Positions 38,677-49,392 of a DNA stretch of 64,000 bases are shown here, piece after piece. This DNA is from Anolis carolinensis. Its lineage: Eukaryota. Every line of letters begins with the position of its first letter. Position 1 is the first letter of the stretch. The translations under genes were made by a program, and so were the position numbers. The notes below the pieces were generated by a model. That model was not told where the DNA came from, did not search any database, and saw nothing but the letters and a program-made list of their open reading frames with translations. The stretch is from contig NC_085845.1 of the NCBI RefSeq assembly GCF_035594765.1, positions 177,646,897 through 177,710,896 on the forward strand, in the 5' to 3' direction.

Positions 38677-39245
38677 GTAAGCAATGTTGTTTACATTCAT
38701 GGTATCTTTAGCACTGGGGAAATTATTGCTTTACAGCAATCTGGTAGGAATGGAATGGAAGATATGGCCCTTCAGAAATTCCTTATCCTTTCATAGTATT
38801 TATTCACTGAAAAATCCCACTTCGTTCAGCAAAATTTTCCTGCCATGTTAATTAGTGTTTTTTTTTCTTTGCAAGTTCTGCTTATATATTTCTTTCTGTT
38901 TAGTAGTGTCTGGCATTAATGATGAATTGCCCCTTATTTTGGCCCTCTTCTTTTACATTCCTATGAAGAAGAAATGTGAAGACAGGAAAATACAATTTTG
39001 CACATCCTTAATCACACACTCTGTGGCTTATTTTTCTATGGGAGAGAGAAGCAAAGGCAACCAATAAGTAAAATTGTGGCCATCCCTTCCAAACATACTC
39101 AAAATTATGCTGAAACACTATATACAGAAAACAGTCAAAGCAAATTAGGAGACAAAGCCGCAATTGCTGAAAATTGGTCATTTGTTTTATTTCTCTTAAA
39201 ACCCCGAACACATATTGGCCATTAAATGGTTCTGGTGGTTTGCAG

Positions 39246-39374
39246 GATAAGAATTCAACATGTTCAGTTCCCCGGAAAGTCGCTGTTTCTCATACCAGCC
39301 ACTGGGATGAAGTTACTGGTTCATGATGCGTCAGCAATTGCTACTGCAGACTGGAGATTTTCCACCTGGTTACT
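39246..39374 (+). CDS. BPIFC: BPIFC coding exon 3
   Basis: tgcag| ... |gtgagt; IRIQHVQFPGKSLFLIPATGMKLLVHDASAIATADWRFSTWL. Confidence 0.9.
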
Positions 39375-39877
39375 GTGAGTATAATAGGGAAGGATGAACT
39401 AGATGTATTCAGACATGTATAGACTCAAAAAAGTACAAGCTCTCCTCATTTGGTGGGTTAGGGGCACAAGACCTCTGTGAGAGTGAAAAATAGTGAAAAA
39501 AGAAATTTCTTTTTTTGAACCAGAGATGATACTCTTTATGAATTTCTAGGTCTTCCAGCATGAGTGTAGGGTTGACTTCCACTGTAAACAGACATTAGAA
39601 TTGCACTGGATTGCCTAGAGATAGAACTTTCTAGAAATCTCTAGGTATTTCAGCATGACTGGAGGAAATTGATTTTAAAAACTTAGGTTCCTTTTGAACA
39701 TTTATTTGCTTGTTTTGTATTCACTCTTTCTCCCAGAATGGAGCAGTTTACAAAAAATTAGAACAAAATATTGATTAAACTATCAGAGTTCAAAAGCGGA
39801 AATTACTATTCAATGAACAATTCTATTAAAGTATAGCAATAGACTGTTCAGGTTAATGAATTGTGTTTTTTTAACAG

Positions 39878-40036
39878 CAGCAGAAGTTCAGGAAAACTGA
39901 AAGTCTGCCTTACAGGGGTGTCTATCTCTGCTGCTGCAAAAGTGTCAAAAGATGAGGATGGTCACCCAAAGTTGTTGCTTGAAAATTGCCATGGAAATGT
40001 TGATGGTATTGATATCCAGCTGGATGACACATCTAG
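39878..40036 (+). CDS. BPIFC: BPIFC coding exon 4 (acceptor ambiguous in 3-nt steps)
   Basis: ttaacag|cagcagaag ... |gtaagg; SRSSGKLKVCLTGVSISAAAKVSKDEDGHPKLLLENCHGNVDGIDIQLDDTS. Confidence 0.87.
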
Positions 40037-40578
40037 GTAAGGCAGAAAAAAGTTATATCTGATTTGTGAGAGGAAATAGACAATGATATAAGGTTCATTT
40101 TTTCCTGGATAAAATAATAAATGCATTTTTCATGATTCCATATAATCACAGTCCATTTGCTCAAATGCTAATTTCAGATAAACAAAAATGTTTCTGATCC
40201 TCACAATAAATCATGCAACATAAATTAAGCTTGCTCTTCATCCATGATTATTAGGGCTTCCATGACTAGCCATACCTTATAATTACATATACATGAGACC
40301 ACTCTAAAGTAATCCTTTATGATCAGATGAGAACATTTTTAAAGGTCCTTTCTAAAGATGATATTTTGTCATACAACATATATCGCTTCTGCTCTTCTCC
40401 AATAGGCAGTCAGAGAAAAAACATAACCTTCCTCCCTTTAACATCTGCATTAAACTTTCTGAGAGGATGGTATGAGTGGATTGAAGTATGAGGGTTGATA
40501 GCTTTTCCCACTGCCCTAGCCTTTTTCCATTTCATCAAATTGTCACAGATGATCCACCAATTCCCATGCCACTAAGTC

Positions 40579-40701
40579 AATGGTTCTCAGATTTTGGTCC
40601 TCTGGGTGTTTTCGGACTTCAACTCCAGTTGGCCAAGCTGGTTGGGATTTCTGGGAATTAAAGTCTAAAACAACTGGGGGACCAACATTTGGTAACCATT
40701 A
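40579..40701. mobile_element. Degenerate palindromic hAT MITE
   Basis: Similar to 51924-52058. Confidence 0.6.
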
Positions 40702-41867
40702 TACTAAGATAATGTCAAAAAGTGTTGTCATTTGAAACACCCATCCCACTAGGACCACTGGCAACCTTGGGCTGACAAAAAACATCCAAGCAGAAAGTTT
40801 GAGCATCAAAAAAGTAATAATAGAACTTAGGACCCCTGAGTCCTATTTGTGGAAGACACTAAAATGGAGCAGTCATGGCAAAGTAAAATCAAACTGGACA
40901 AACACAGTTGTTTTGTCCCCAAGGGGTTGTGCTGGAACTCATGTATACTTTAAAAGGGGAACATCATGAAATTCCCAGTCATCCACAACTGATACAAATC
41001 TGATACGTTAGAAGCAATCTCCATGGTTAGAAAGTGGAGAGCAGCAGGTGCCATCAAGTCCAGCCAGCTTAGCAAACTGATGGATTGGAATTTCTGTTCA
41101 GTATCTATAGGAGGTACCCATCCATACTCCATAATTATGAGATTAATTTTTCTTGGTGATTCCACAACAAATCTCATATCTAAAGACTTTATTTGGGAAA
41201 GGTTTGGGGCTAGGTGGTAAGGATGATAGTTAAATAGCATTAGCGCCTGTTATTATCAAGTGACTGCAAGGCCTTAACTTGAAATGTTTTCCTGATCCAG
41301 TTTGAAGGTCCACAACAGTTTTGTACTGGACTAGATACCTCCACAGCTTCTCTTTGCATCAAAGTGTGTATTCCTCAATAAGGAGAGGGTGGAGGGCGGG
41401 GGTAACAGCAAGTTAAATGTGGAGCAGTTTTCAACAAGTTGATAGAACACTCTTACCAGAATATGGATCATATACATGATTGAGCCATTATTATTGCTTT
41501 TAATACAAAATCTAAATGCCTGGTTTATGAAATGTTTGAATAACGTAACCCTAACAAAATCACCAGAAAAACGAACACTCTAATCAAGAACTCCTCCATT
41601 AACTTTGACATACGCCAACAGCTGTGCAAATCAGAAGCCCTCCCACCCAGGCTTTACGGACTCCCCAAAATCCACAAGGACTCCATCCCACTCAGACCCA
41701 TTGTAAGTGCCATTGGATCGCCGACTTACAACCTGGCAAAATTTCTGGCTACACAGCTACAAACCCACATTGGGCTCACTGCACATTATATCAAGGACTC
41801 TACACACTTTATAGAAAAGATCAGCAACCTCAATCTAAGCACCAAGGACATCCTGATCAGCTTTGAT

Positions 41868-43151
41868 GTGGTGTCCCTTTTTACCAAAGTCCCAGTAGCT
41901 GACACCCTCACACTAATCAAACAAAACTTCCCAGAAGACATCACAGCCCTGTTTCACCATTGCCTCACCACTAGCTACTTTCAGTGGGACACTGGATTCT
42001 ATGAACAGAAGGATGGAGTGGCCATGGGGAGCCCTCTCAGCCCAGTAGTAGCAAATTTCTATATGGAATACTTTGAAAAACAGGCCCTAGAAACAGCACC
42101 AAAAAAGCCAACTGTTTGGTTCAGATACGTAGATGACACCTTCACAATTTGGAGCCATGGAGAGGAAGAACTCAGCAAGTTCCTGGACCATCTTAACAGC
42201 ATCCACCCAAACATCCAATTCACCATGGAAAAAGAAAAGGAAGGAAAACTGCCATTTCTAGATGTTCTGGTCATCCGCAAACCCAATCAACAATTGGGCC
42301 ACACAGTTTACAGAAAACCTACACACACAGATAGATACCTTCATAAAAACTCCAACCATCACCCAAGTCAAAAAAGGAGCACAATCAAAGCCCTGACAGA
42401 CCGTGCACAAAGAATCTGCGAACCTCACCTCCTCCAAGGTGAACTCAACCACCTAAACTGGGCTCTACAAGCCAATGGATACTCCACCACAGACATCAGA
42501 AGAGCTGCAAGGCCAAGAACAAGCCATGAGAGTCAAGACAAAGATCCACCCAGAGGAAAGGTGTCCTTACCATACATCAAGGGGACTACTGACCGCATAG
42601 GGAAGCTGATGAAGAAGCACAACCTACAAACTATCTACAGACCCACGAAGAAAATCCAACAAATGCTACGGTCAGCGAAGGACAAGAGGGATCCTCTCTC
42701 TTCTGCAGGAGTCTACCGGATACCATGCAGCTGTGGACAAGTCTACATAGGGACCACCAAACGCAGCGCCCAAACAAGAGTCAAAGAACATGAAAGGCAC
42801 TGCAGACTAATTCAACCAGAGAAATCAGCCATAGCAGAGCATTTGATGAACCAGCCTGGACACAGAATACTATTTGAGAACACAAAAATGCTGGACCATT
42901 CTAACAACTATCATGTCAGACTACACAGAGAAGCCATTGAAATCCACAAGCATGTGGACAACTTCAACAGAAAGGAAGAAACCATGAAAATGAACAAAAT
43001 CTGGCTACCAGTATTACAACACTCAAAAATCAGAACAGTAAATAAAAAGCAATACTCTGAAAACAGAGGGTTTCCAGACATGAATCAACCAAGGGCAGTT
43101 AACGACTCTAAACAAAGGATGCCCCAGAGGCAGGAAGAAGACAGCAGATAA
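41868..43151 (+). CDS. Penelope-like reverse transcriptase / GIY-YIG endonuclease (N-terminally truncated TE ORF)
   Basis: 427-aa ORF in the track; the frame extends without a stop upstream to 41544; YVDD and GVY...YIG motifs. Confidence 0.85.
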   Translation: MVSLFTKVPVADTLTLIKQNFPEDITALFHHCLTTSYFQWDTGFYEQKDGVAMGSPLSPVVANFYMEYFEKQALETAPKKPTVWFRYVDDTFTIWSHGEEELSKFLDHLNSIHPNIQFTMEKEKEGKLPFLDVLVIRKPNQQLGHTVYRKPTHTDRYLHKNSNHHPSQKRSTIKALTDRAQRICEPHLLQGELNHLNWALQANGYSTTDIRRAARPRTSHESQDKDPPRGKVSLPYIKGTTDRIGKLMKKHNLQTIYRPTKKIQQMLRSAKDKRDPLSSAGVYRIPCSCGQVYIGTTKRSAQTRVKEHERHCRLIQPEKSAIAEHLMNQPGHRILFENTKMLDHSNNYHVRLHREAIEIHKHVDNFNRKEETMKMNKIWLPVLQHSKIRTVNKKQYSENRGFPDMNQPRAVNDSKQRMPQRQEEDSR

Positions 43152-43261
43152 GCTTTTCAATGCTAATTTAAGTGATTAACTACACTACATTCATACTGAC
43201 CTCTCTCACCCTAGACTTTCCACAGATATATATTAACCTCTTTGCTTAGTTTTCTCCATAC

Positions 43262-43313
43262 CTCACAACCTCTGAGGATGCCTGCCATAGATGTGGGCGA
43301 AACGTCAGGAGAG
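43262..43313 (+). ncRNA. Minimal type I hammerhead ribozyme in Penelope pLTR (intact core)
   Basis: cct-CTGAGGA-t-gcctgc(catagat)gtgggc-GAAA-c-GTC-agg: conserved CUGAnGA and GAAA boxes, helix II, GUC cleavage triplet (cut after 43306), palindromic ACGT mini helix III. Confidence 0.85.
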
Positions 43314-43779
43314 AATGCTTCTGGAACATGGCCACACAGCCCGAAAGACATACAACAACCCAACGTAACATAGAGATTGCCATGAATGGTCCACTATGTA
43401 AAAACCCCATGTATAGAAGTACAGGTTGAGTTTCTCTTATCTAAAATGCTTAGGACCAAAAGATTTTTGAGTATGGGTTTTTTGTTTTTTTGGTGTTTTT
43501 TTTTTAAAGAATACATCTGTATTTGCATGTACATGATGGAGTGGGATTGACAGGAAAGGCAGCTAGTCGCTAGTCCAGTTGCCCCGAGGAGCCCTGCAAG
43601 AGGAAAGGGAAGGGGAGGACTCAATTTCACAAGACCCCTGTAAGAAAGTAAATACCCCAAAATGCTTTTGTGGTACCCAGTTTTAGCTAATCAGCTGGGA
43701 AGGAAAATTCCTCCACATCCTTGTCCCAGATGAGCCTTCTTCATTCTCTTTGGGATGGATATAGCCAGTCTACACATCG

Positions 43780-43916
43780 TGTTGTCGAAGGCTTTCATGG
43801 CCGGGATCACAGGGTTGTTGTATGTCTTTCGGGTTGTGTGGCCATGTTCCAGAAGCATTCTCTCCTGACGTTTCGCCCACATCTATGGCAGGCATCCTCA
43901 GAGGTTGTGAGGTATG
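43780..43916 (-). mobile_element. 137-bp Penelope pLTR-only insertion (hammerhead + 3' tail)
   Basis: Flanked by a 12-bp direct repeat GTCTACACATCG at 43768-43779 and 43917-43928. Confidence 0.85.
43860..43911 (-). ncRNA. Minimal hammerhead ribozyme, antisense copy (intact core)
   Basis: Reverse complement is identical to the 43262-43313 ribozyme. Confidence 0.85.
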
Positions 43917-44019
43917 GTCTACACATCGCCTGGCCATTTCCAGGATGCTCACCTGCCACCTGTGACTATTGGTGAGGCAGAAAACGAGCCTTGAAACATC
44001 TGGGATATCTGCTTTTTAC

Positions 44020-44271
44020 AGAATGGTTTCAAACTACAGGAAATGAGATACCACCTGAACATTAGGAAGAACTTTCTGTGAGAGCTATTCTGCAGCAGAA
44101 CTCTCTGTTCCGAAGTGTCGTGGAGCCTGAGGCTCCTTCTTTGAAGGCTTTTAAACAGAGGCTGGATGGCCATCTGTCATGGGTGCTTTGAATGCGATTT
44201 TCCTGCTTCTTGGCAGGGGGTTGGACTGGATGGCCCACAAGGTCTCTTCCAATTTTATGATTCTATGATTC
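44020..44271 (+). mobile_element. CR1 LINE 3' end
   Basis: Homologous to 20017-20333, ending in TATGATTCTATGATTC. Confidence 0.88.
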
Positions 44272-44284
44272 AGTGCTCTCTACT

Positions 44285-44286
44285 CT

Positions 44287-44352
<66 letters not shown>
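44285..44352. repeat. (TTTC)n microsatellite
   Basis: Read directly from the sequence. Confidence 0.95.
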
Positions 44353-44353
<1 letters not shown>

Positions 44354-44580
44354 CTCATCAGGGAAAAACTCACCTAAACATGTGACTACTAGCCCGCTTT
44401 CCCCAAAGGTGGAAGGAATAAAATCTTTAGGATTTAGGAATATATATTATTTTCGATTTCTGGATCAGGGAAACTCAACCTGTATTAGGAAAAAAGCTAA
44501 ACCAACACTTACATTACCAGAATTTATTGCATTGTTAATGCTTGCAGTATCAATACTATAACTTCCTTTCTTTTTTAAAG

Positions 44581-44644
44581 GTGGTTTTATAGACTCCTTG
44601 TTAATTTATTGGAGAGACCTCTCCGCAACAATTTCAACTTAAAT
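44581..44644 (+). CDS. BPIFC: BPIFC coding exon 5
   Basis: tttaaag| ... |gtaagt; WFYRLLVNLLERPLRNNFNLN. Confidence 0.9.
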
Positions 44645-45685
44645 GTAAGTCTTCAAGAACCTTTCTGTGATATTCTTTCTCCCCAGTAAAATGTCCCTTA
44701 ACTTTCTTTCAAATTTAACTCAAAATAAGTAAATAAAAGACTGCTGCAACCTCAATTCATGTAAAAATGTTTGTGTACCTTGGAGTTTGTCACTAAAGAC
44801 ATTTTGTGTCACTTGGAATTTAGTGTGGTGTTGAAATTCCAGCATGCTGTATGTATGCATTTATGAATATTGTTTTTATAGAACAACATAATAGTCCAGG
44901 CAATAAGAACTTTTTCAGTTTAATTTTCTGGTGATTTGTTTTTTTAAGGAATAAAATATGTTTCCATGATCAGAATAACAAACAGAAATAGATGATTTAA
45001 ACAAATGTAACCATAATGATAATGGGAGTAGCTATAGGTTTCTTTAAAAAAAAAAAACCTAAGCTGTATGTCAGATCTGTGACTGTAAGTGATGATTTAT
45101 ACTCACTTTAGAAGCCAATTCTCTCACTGCTACTTGCAGTTTCTCAAGTAGCTCCTGACATGAAAAAAGTGATTCCAAAATGTTCCCAGTCAATATGTAT
45201 TCAGAAACTGTTTAGTTTTTATTTCCCTTGATCATTCAAAGATTTTCCTAGTATGTATTTGTTGACTTCCCTCTCTACACATGACTTTCTTTAGGTAAAT
45301 GCATTCTCTTTGACCAATTTTGACTCATTAGGATAATCATTTTGATGTTTTAGCTAGTTTTTTCAGAAATCCCTTCAAGAATAGTAGAATATATTTTCCC
45401 AGTGCTTTAAAACTGATGCTTGCTTTATAATATGTATGATAAAGCATCAGTTTTATATGAAGAAATGAGTTGTGACAATATACATATTTTGGATAGATTT
45501 TAAAGGCATTTGTTGTGTGTTTATTTGATTTTAATTGACACTGTCCATTATGGATAAATTTATTTTAAAATAATTGTTATTCTGGCATTCAAGATAAAGT
45601 AAGCTACCAAAGTAAAAAGATGGGATCATTGATTCTTTGTACCCAACCTGTGAACTGAGCACTGATCAGATTAATGTATTTTTAG

Positions 45686-45746
45686 TTGTGTCCAATCATT
45701 TATTCGGAGATCGAACGTTTTAACGCAGAATTGAAACAGCATCAAA
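45686..45746 (+). CDS. BPIFC: BPIFC coding exon 6
   Basis: tttag| ... |gtaagt; LCPIIYSEIERFNAELKQHQ. Confidence 0.9.
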
Positions 45747-45804
45747 GTAAGTTGCAACTGCTTCTTTGCTGATATTTTGGGAAATCCCTTTGGCTATGTA
45801 ACTA

Positions 45805-46127
45805 CAGTAGAGTCTCGCTTATCCAACACTCGCTTATCCAACATTCTGAATTATCCAACGCATTTTTGTAGTCAATGTTTTCAATACATCGTGATATTTT
45901 GGTGCTAAATTCGTAAATACAGTGATTACTACATAGCATTACTGCGTACTGAACTACTTTTTCTGTCAAATTTGTTGTTAAACATGATGTTTTGGTGCTT
46001 AATTTGTAAAATCATAACCTAATTTGATGTGTAATAGGCTTTTCCTTAATCCCTCCTTATTATCCAACATATTCGCTTATCCAATATTCTGCTGGCCCGT
46101 TTATGTTGGATAAGGGAGACTCTACTG
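45805..46127. mobile_element. Tc1/mariner-type MITE (free copy)
   Basis: TIRs CAGTAGAGTCTC...GAGACTCTACTG with TA TSD; same family as 11485-11825 in the opposite orientation. Confidence 0.9.
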
Positions 46128-46502
46128 TAATGAAAATTTCCATAATTGCATGTTTATTTTCTATATGATACATCTGTTCATGACAACAACCCAGTATCAG
46201 GCCCATGATATGGAGAGGGCACTGATTGAATTTTATTTAAAAAAAATTAAGATCTGTTTCCTAGAATAGAGAAAGGTAAACACAGAATTTTTAAAAAGAC
46301 TTTTAAAAGGTAATTTATAAAGGCATTGCATCATTTATTGTCATTTTTGATATAATAACAATAAACTATGATAGTTGTGGCCATTTTTCATAATGCTGCA
46401 ATTACAACAGCAATTGGACTACCTAGGAAAAAATGTATATTTCCTAGTAATTACTCATACCCTGCTTGAGTACTGGGAAAATGCAATATTTACTAAGATA
46501 AT

Positions 46503-46770
46503 GGAGCCATCGGTGGCGCAATGGGTTAAACCCGTGTGCTGGCAGAACTGCTGACCGACAGGTTGGCAGTTCGAATCCAGGGAGAGTGGGTGAGCTCCCT
46601 CTGTCTGCTCCAGCTCCCCATGCGGGGCATGAGAGAAGCAATGGTGGTAAAACTTCAAACATCCAGGCGTCCCCTGGACAACATCCTTGCAGAGGGCCAA
46701 ATCTCTCACAACAGAAGTGACTTGCAGTTTCTCAAGTCGCTCCTGACACAAAAAGAAAAGAAAAAAAACA
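46503..46770 (+). mobile_element. tRNA-derived SINE with A-rich tail
   Basis: A box TGGCGCAATGG, B box GTTCGAATCC; TSD AAGATAAT(G). Confidence 0.88.
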
Positions 46771-47065
46771 AAGATAATGACTTGAGAATTGTACAACAAT
46801 AGATAGAAAATATACTATTGTTGCATGAGGTCCAATCACCCTCTCTCATTAGGGGGTTTCTAGCATAGTCAGCCCCATGAGTGGTGCAGTTATGTTCCTG
46901 GATTTAGTCTGCTCTTGATATTTGTTATTATTATTATTACTACATGACAGAGTCCAACCTATGGTGACATTATCATAAGGTTTTCTTGGCAAGATTAATT
47001 AAGAGCAGGCTTGCCACTGCCTTCCAGCAGGTTTCCATGGTTGAGCAGGGGTTTAAACCCTAGTC

Positions 47066-47464
47066 CAGGGGTCCCCAAACTTTTTAAACAGGGGGCCAGT
47101 TCACAATCCTTTGGACCGTTGGAGGGCCGGACTGTAGTTGGCCACCGAGCAATAATAATAATGACAACAACAACAATAAAAAGAGGGTTGGAAGAGACCC
47201 TTTGGGCTATTGAGTCCAATCCCCTTCTGCCTTTGTGCACCGAAAGCACAAGCAAAGCACCCCTGACAGATGGCCACCCAGCCTCAATGTTAATAATAAT
47301 AATAATAATAATAGTAATATTACGATCTGCCAACTGCAAAAGGCCACCCTACTGGGATCTGCACACATCATCCAAAAATACAACACACAGACAGTTGGGA
47401 AATGTTCGACTTGTGATTTTGTGATACGAAATCCAGCATATCTATCTTGTTTGCTGTGACATAA

Positions 47465-47524
<60 letters not shown>

Positions 47525-47630
47525 GGTTGGAAGAGACCCCTTGGGACATTTAGTCCAATCCCCTTCTGCCTTTGTGCACCAAAAGCACAAGCAAAGCACC
47601 TGACAGATGGCCACCCAGCCTCAATGTTAC

Positions 47631-47675
<45 letters not shown>

Positions 47676-47805
47676 GGCTTGGAAGAGAAGAAGAGACCCC
47701 TTGGGTCATTTAGCCCAACACCCTTCTGCCCTTGTGCCGTGGGGGCCGGATAAATGGCTTTGATGGGCCGCATCCGGCCCCCGGGCCTTAGTTTGGGGAC
47801 CCCTG
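47066..47805 (-). mobile_element. hAT non-autonomous element, same family as 12207-13632
   Basis: Same TIRs; perfect 8-bp TSD CCCTAGTC at 47058-47065 and 47806-47813. Confidence 0.9.
47319..47465 (+). mobile_element. R4/Dong-like 3' end fragment inside a hAT MITE
   Basis: Encodes ITICQLQKATLLGSA plus the 3'UTR; flanked by (TAA)n. Confidence 0.85.
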
Positions 47806-48155
47806 CCCTAGTCTTTCAGAGCCCTAGCCCAAAACATACTGGTACCCTTGACTTATAAATAACTAAAACAAACATTTAAATAATATAAATATATAAATAA
47901 CTAAAACAAACATTTCCATAGAGTTTGGCCAATTTTTGAAGGCAGCTAGTTTTATCTACAGATGTTCTGTGTTTTTAAAATTGTGCTATTTTATTTTATG
48001 TTATGTGTTGATAGTGGTCATTGTTATAATTTTTATGTGCTACTGTTTTTATACTCATGTACTGGTTGATGTTATATGCTGCACCTTGGAGTTCCTTTGT
48101 AAGCCACCCCGAGTCCCTCCGGGGAGATGGTGGTAAGATATAAATGATGTTTCTA

Positions 48156-48208
<53 letters not shown>

Positions 48209-48209
<1 letters not shown>

Positions 48210-48343
48210 TTATTGTATGACACAGCAAACAAGATAGACATGCTGGATTTCGTATCACAAAATCACAAGTCGAACACTTCCCAAGTGTCTAGGACTGTGT
48301 GATGTATTTTCGGATGATGCACGCAGATCCCAGTAGGGTGGCC

Positions 48344-48345
<2 letters not shown>
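48209..48345 (-). mobile_element. R4/Dong-like 3' end fragment
   Basis: Near-identical to 48415-48544; embedded in (TTA)n. Confidence 0.85.
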
Positions 48346-48407
<62 letters not shown>

Positions 48408-48409
<2 letters not shown>

Positions 48410-49338
48410 GTATTATGACACAGCAAACAAGATAGAAATGCTGGATTTCATATCACAAAATCACAAGTCGAACACTTCCCAAGTGTCTAGGACTGTGTGA
48501 TGTATTTTCGGATGATGCGTGCAGATCCCAGCAGGGTGGCCTTTTGCAGTTGGCAGATCGTAATTTTGTCAATGTCTATTGTTTCCAAATGCCGGCTGTG
48601 ATCTTTTGGCAGGGCACCCAATGTGCCCATCACCACCGGGACCACCTGCACTGGTTTCTGCCAGAGTCTTTGAAGTTCAATCTTGAGTTCCTGATAGCGG
48701 CTGAGTTTTTCCTGTTGTTTTTCGTCAATGCGACTGTCACCTGGAATGGCGACATCAATCATCCAAACCCTTTTCTTTTCCACAACTGTGATGTCTGGTG
48801 TGTTGTGTTCCAGAACTTTGTCAGTCTGGATTCGAAAGTCCCATAGTATGTTTGCGTGCTCATTTCCCAGTACTTTTGCAGGTTTGTGATCCCACCAGTT
48901 CTTTGCTGCTGGGAGGTGGTACTTGAGGCATAAGTTCCAATGAATCATTTGGGCTACATAGTTGTGCCTCTGTTTGTAGTCTGTCTGTGCAATTTTCTTA
49001 CAGCAGCTGAGGATATGATCAATGGTTTCGTCAGTTTCCTTGCACAATCTGCATTTTGGGTCATCAGCTGATTTTTCGATCTTGGCCTTAATTGCATTTG
49101 TTCTGATGGCTTGCTCCTGGGCTGCAAGGATCAGGCCTTCTGTCTCCTTCTTCAGGGTCCCATTCATGAGCCATAGCCAGGTCTTCTCCTTATCAGCTTT
49201 TCCTTCAATTTTGTCAAGGAACTTTCCATGCAATGTTTTGTTGTGCCAGCTGTCAGCTCTAGTTTGTAGTGTGGCTTTCTTGTACTGGTTTTTTGTCTGC
49301 TGTGCTTTGAGGAGTTTCTGATTTTTGACTTCAATCAA

Positions 49339-49339
<1 letters not shown>
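48408..49339 (-). mobile_element. R4-clade (Dong/Rex6-like) non-LTR retrotransposon, 5'-truncated
   Basis: ORF encodes a CRLC..H....C zinc knuckle, RHN, PDITVV...IDVAIP and EKLSRY restriction-like endonuclease motifs; flanked on both sides by (TTA)n. Confidence 0.9.

Positions 49340-49392
<53 letters not shown>

Larger units (their letters stand above)
41550..43361 (+). mobile_element. Penelope-like retroelement, 5'-truncated, with intact RT + GIY-YIG ORF and 3' pLTR
   Basis: Frame open from 41544 to 43151: YGLPKIHK, PLRPIVS, SFDVVSLF, GVAMGSPLSP, RYVDD (RT), then GVYRIPCSCGQVYIGTTKR (GIY-YIG). 8-bp TSD AACGTAAC at 41542-41549 and 43362-43369. Confidence 0.93.
47291..49389. repeat. Cluster of (TAA/TTA)n microsatellites
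   Basis: Arrays at about 47291-47312, 47465-47521, 47631-47675, 48157-48208, 48346-48408 and 49340-49389. Confidence 0.9.

Noticed and set aside
46503-46590. tRNA gene
   Set aside because: The A/B boxes belong to a SINE head with body, A-tail and TSD; no cloverleaf.
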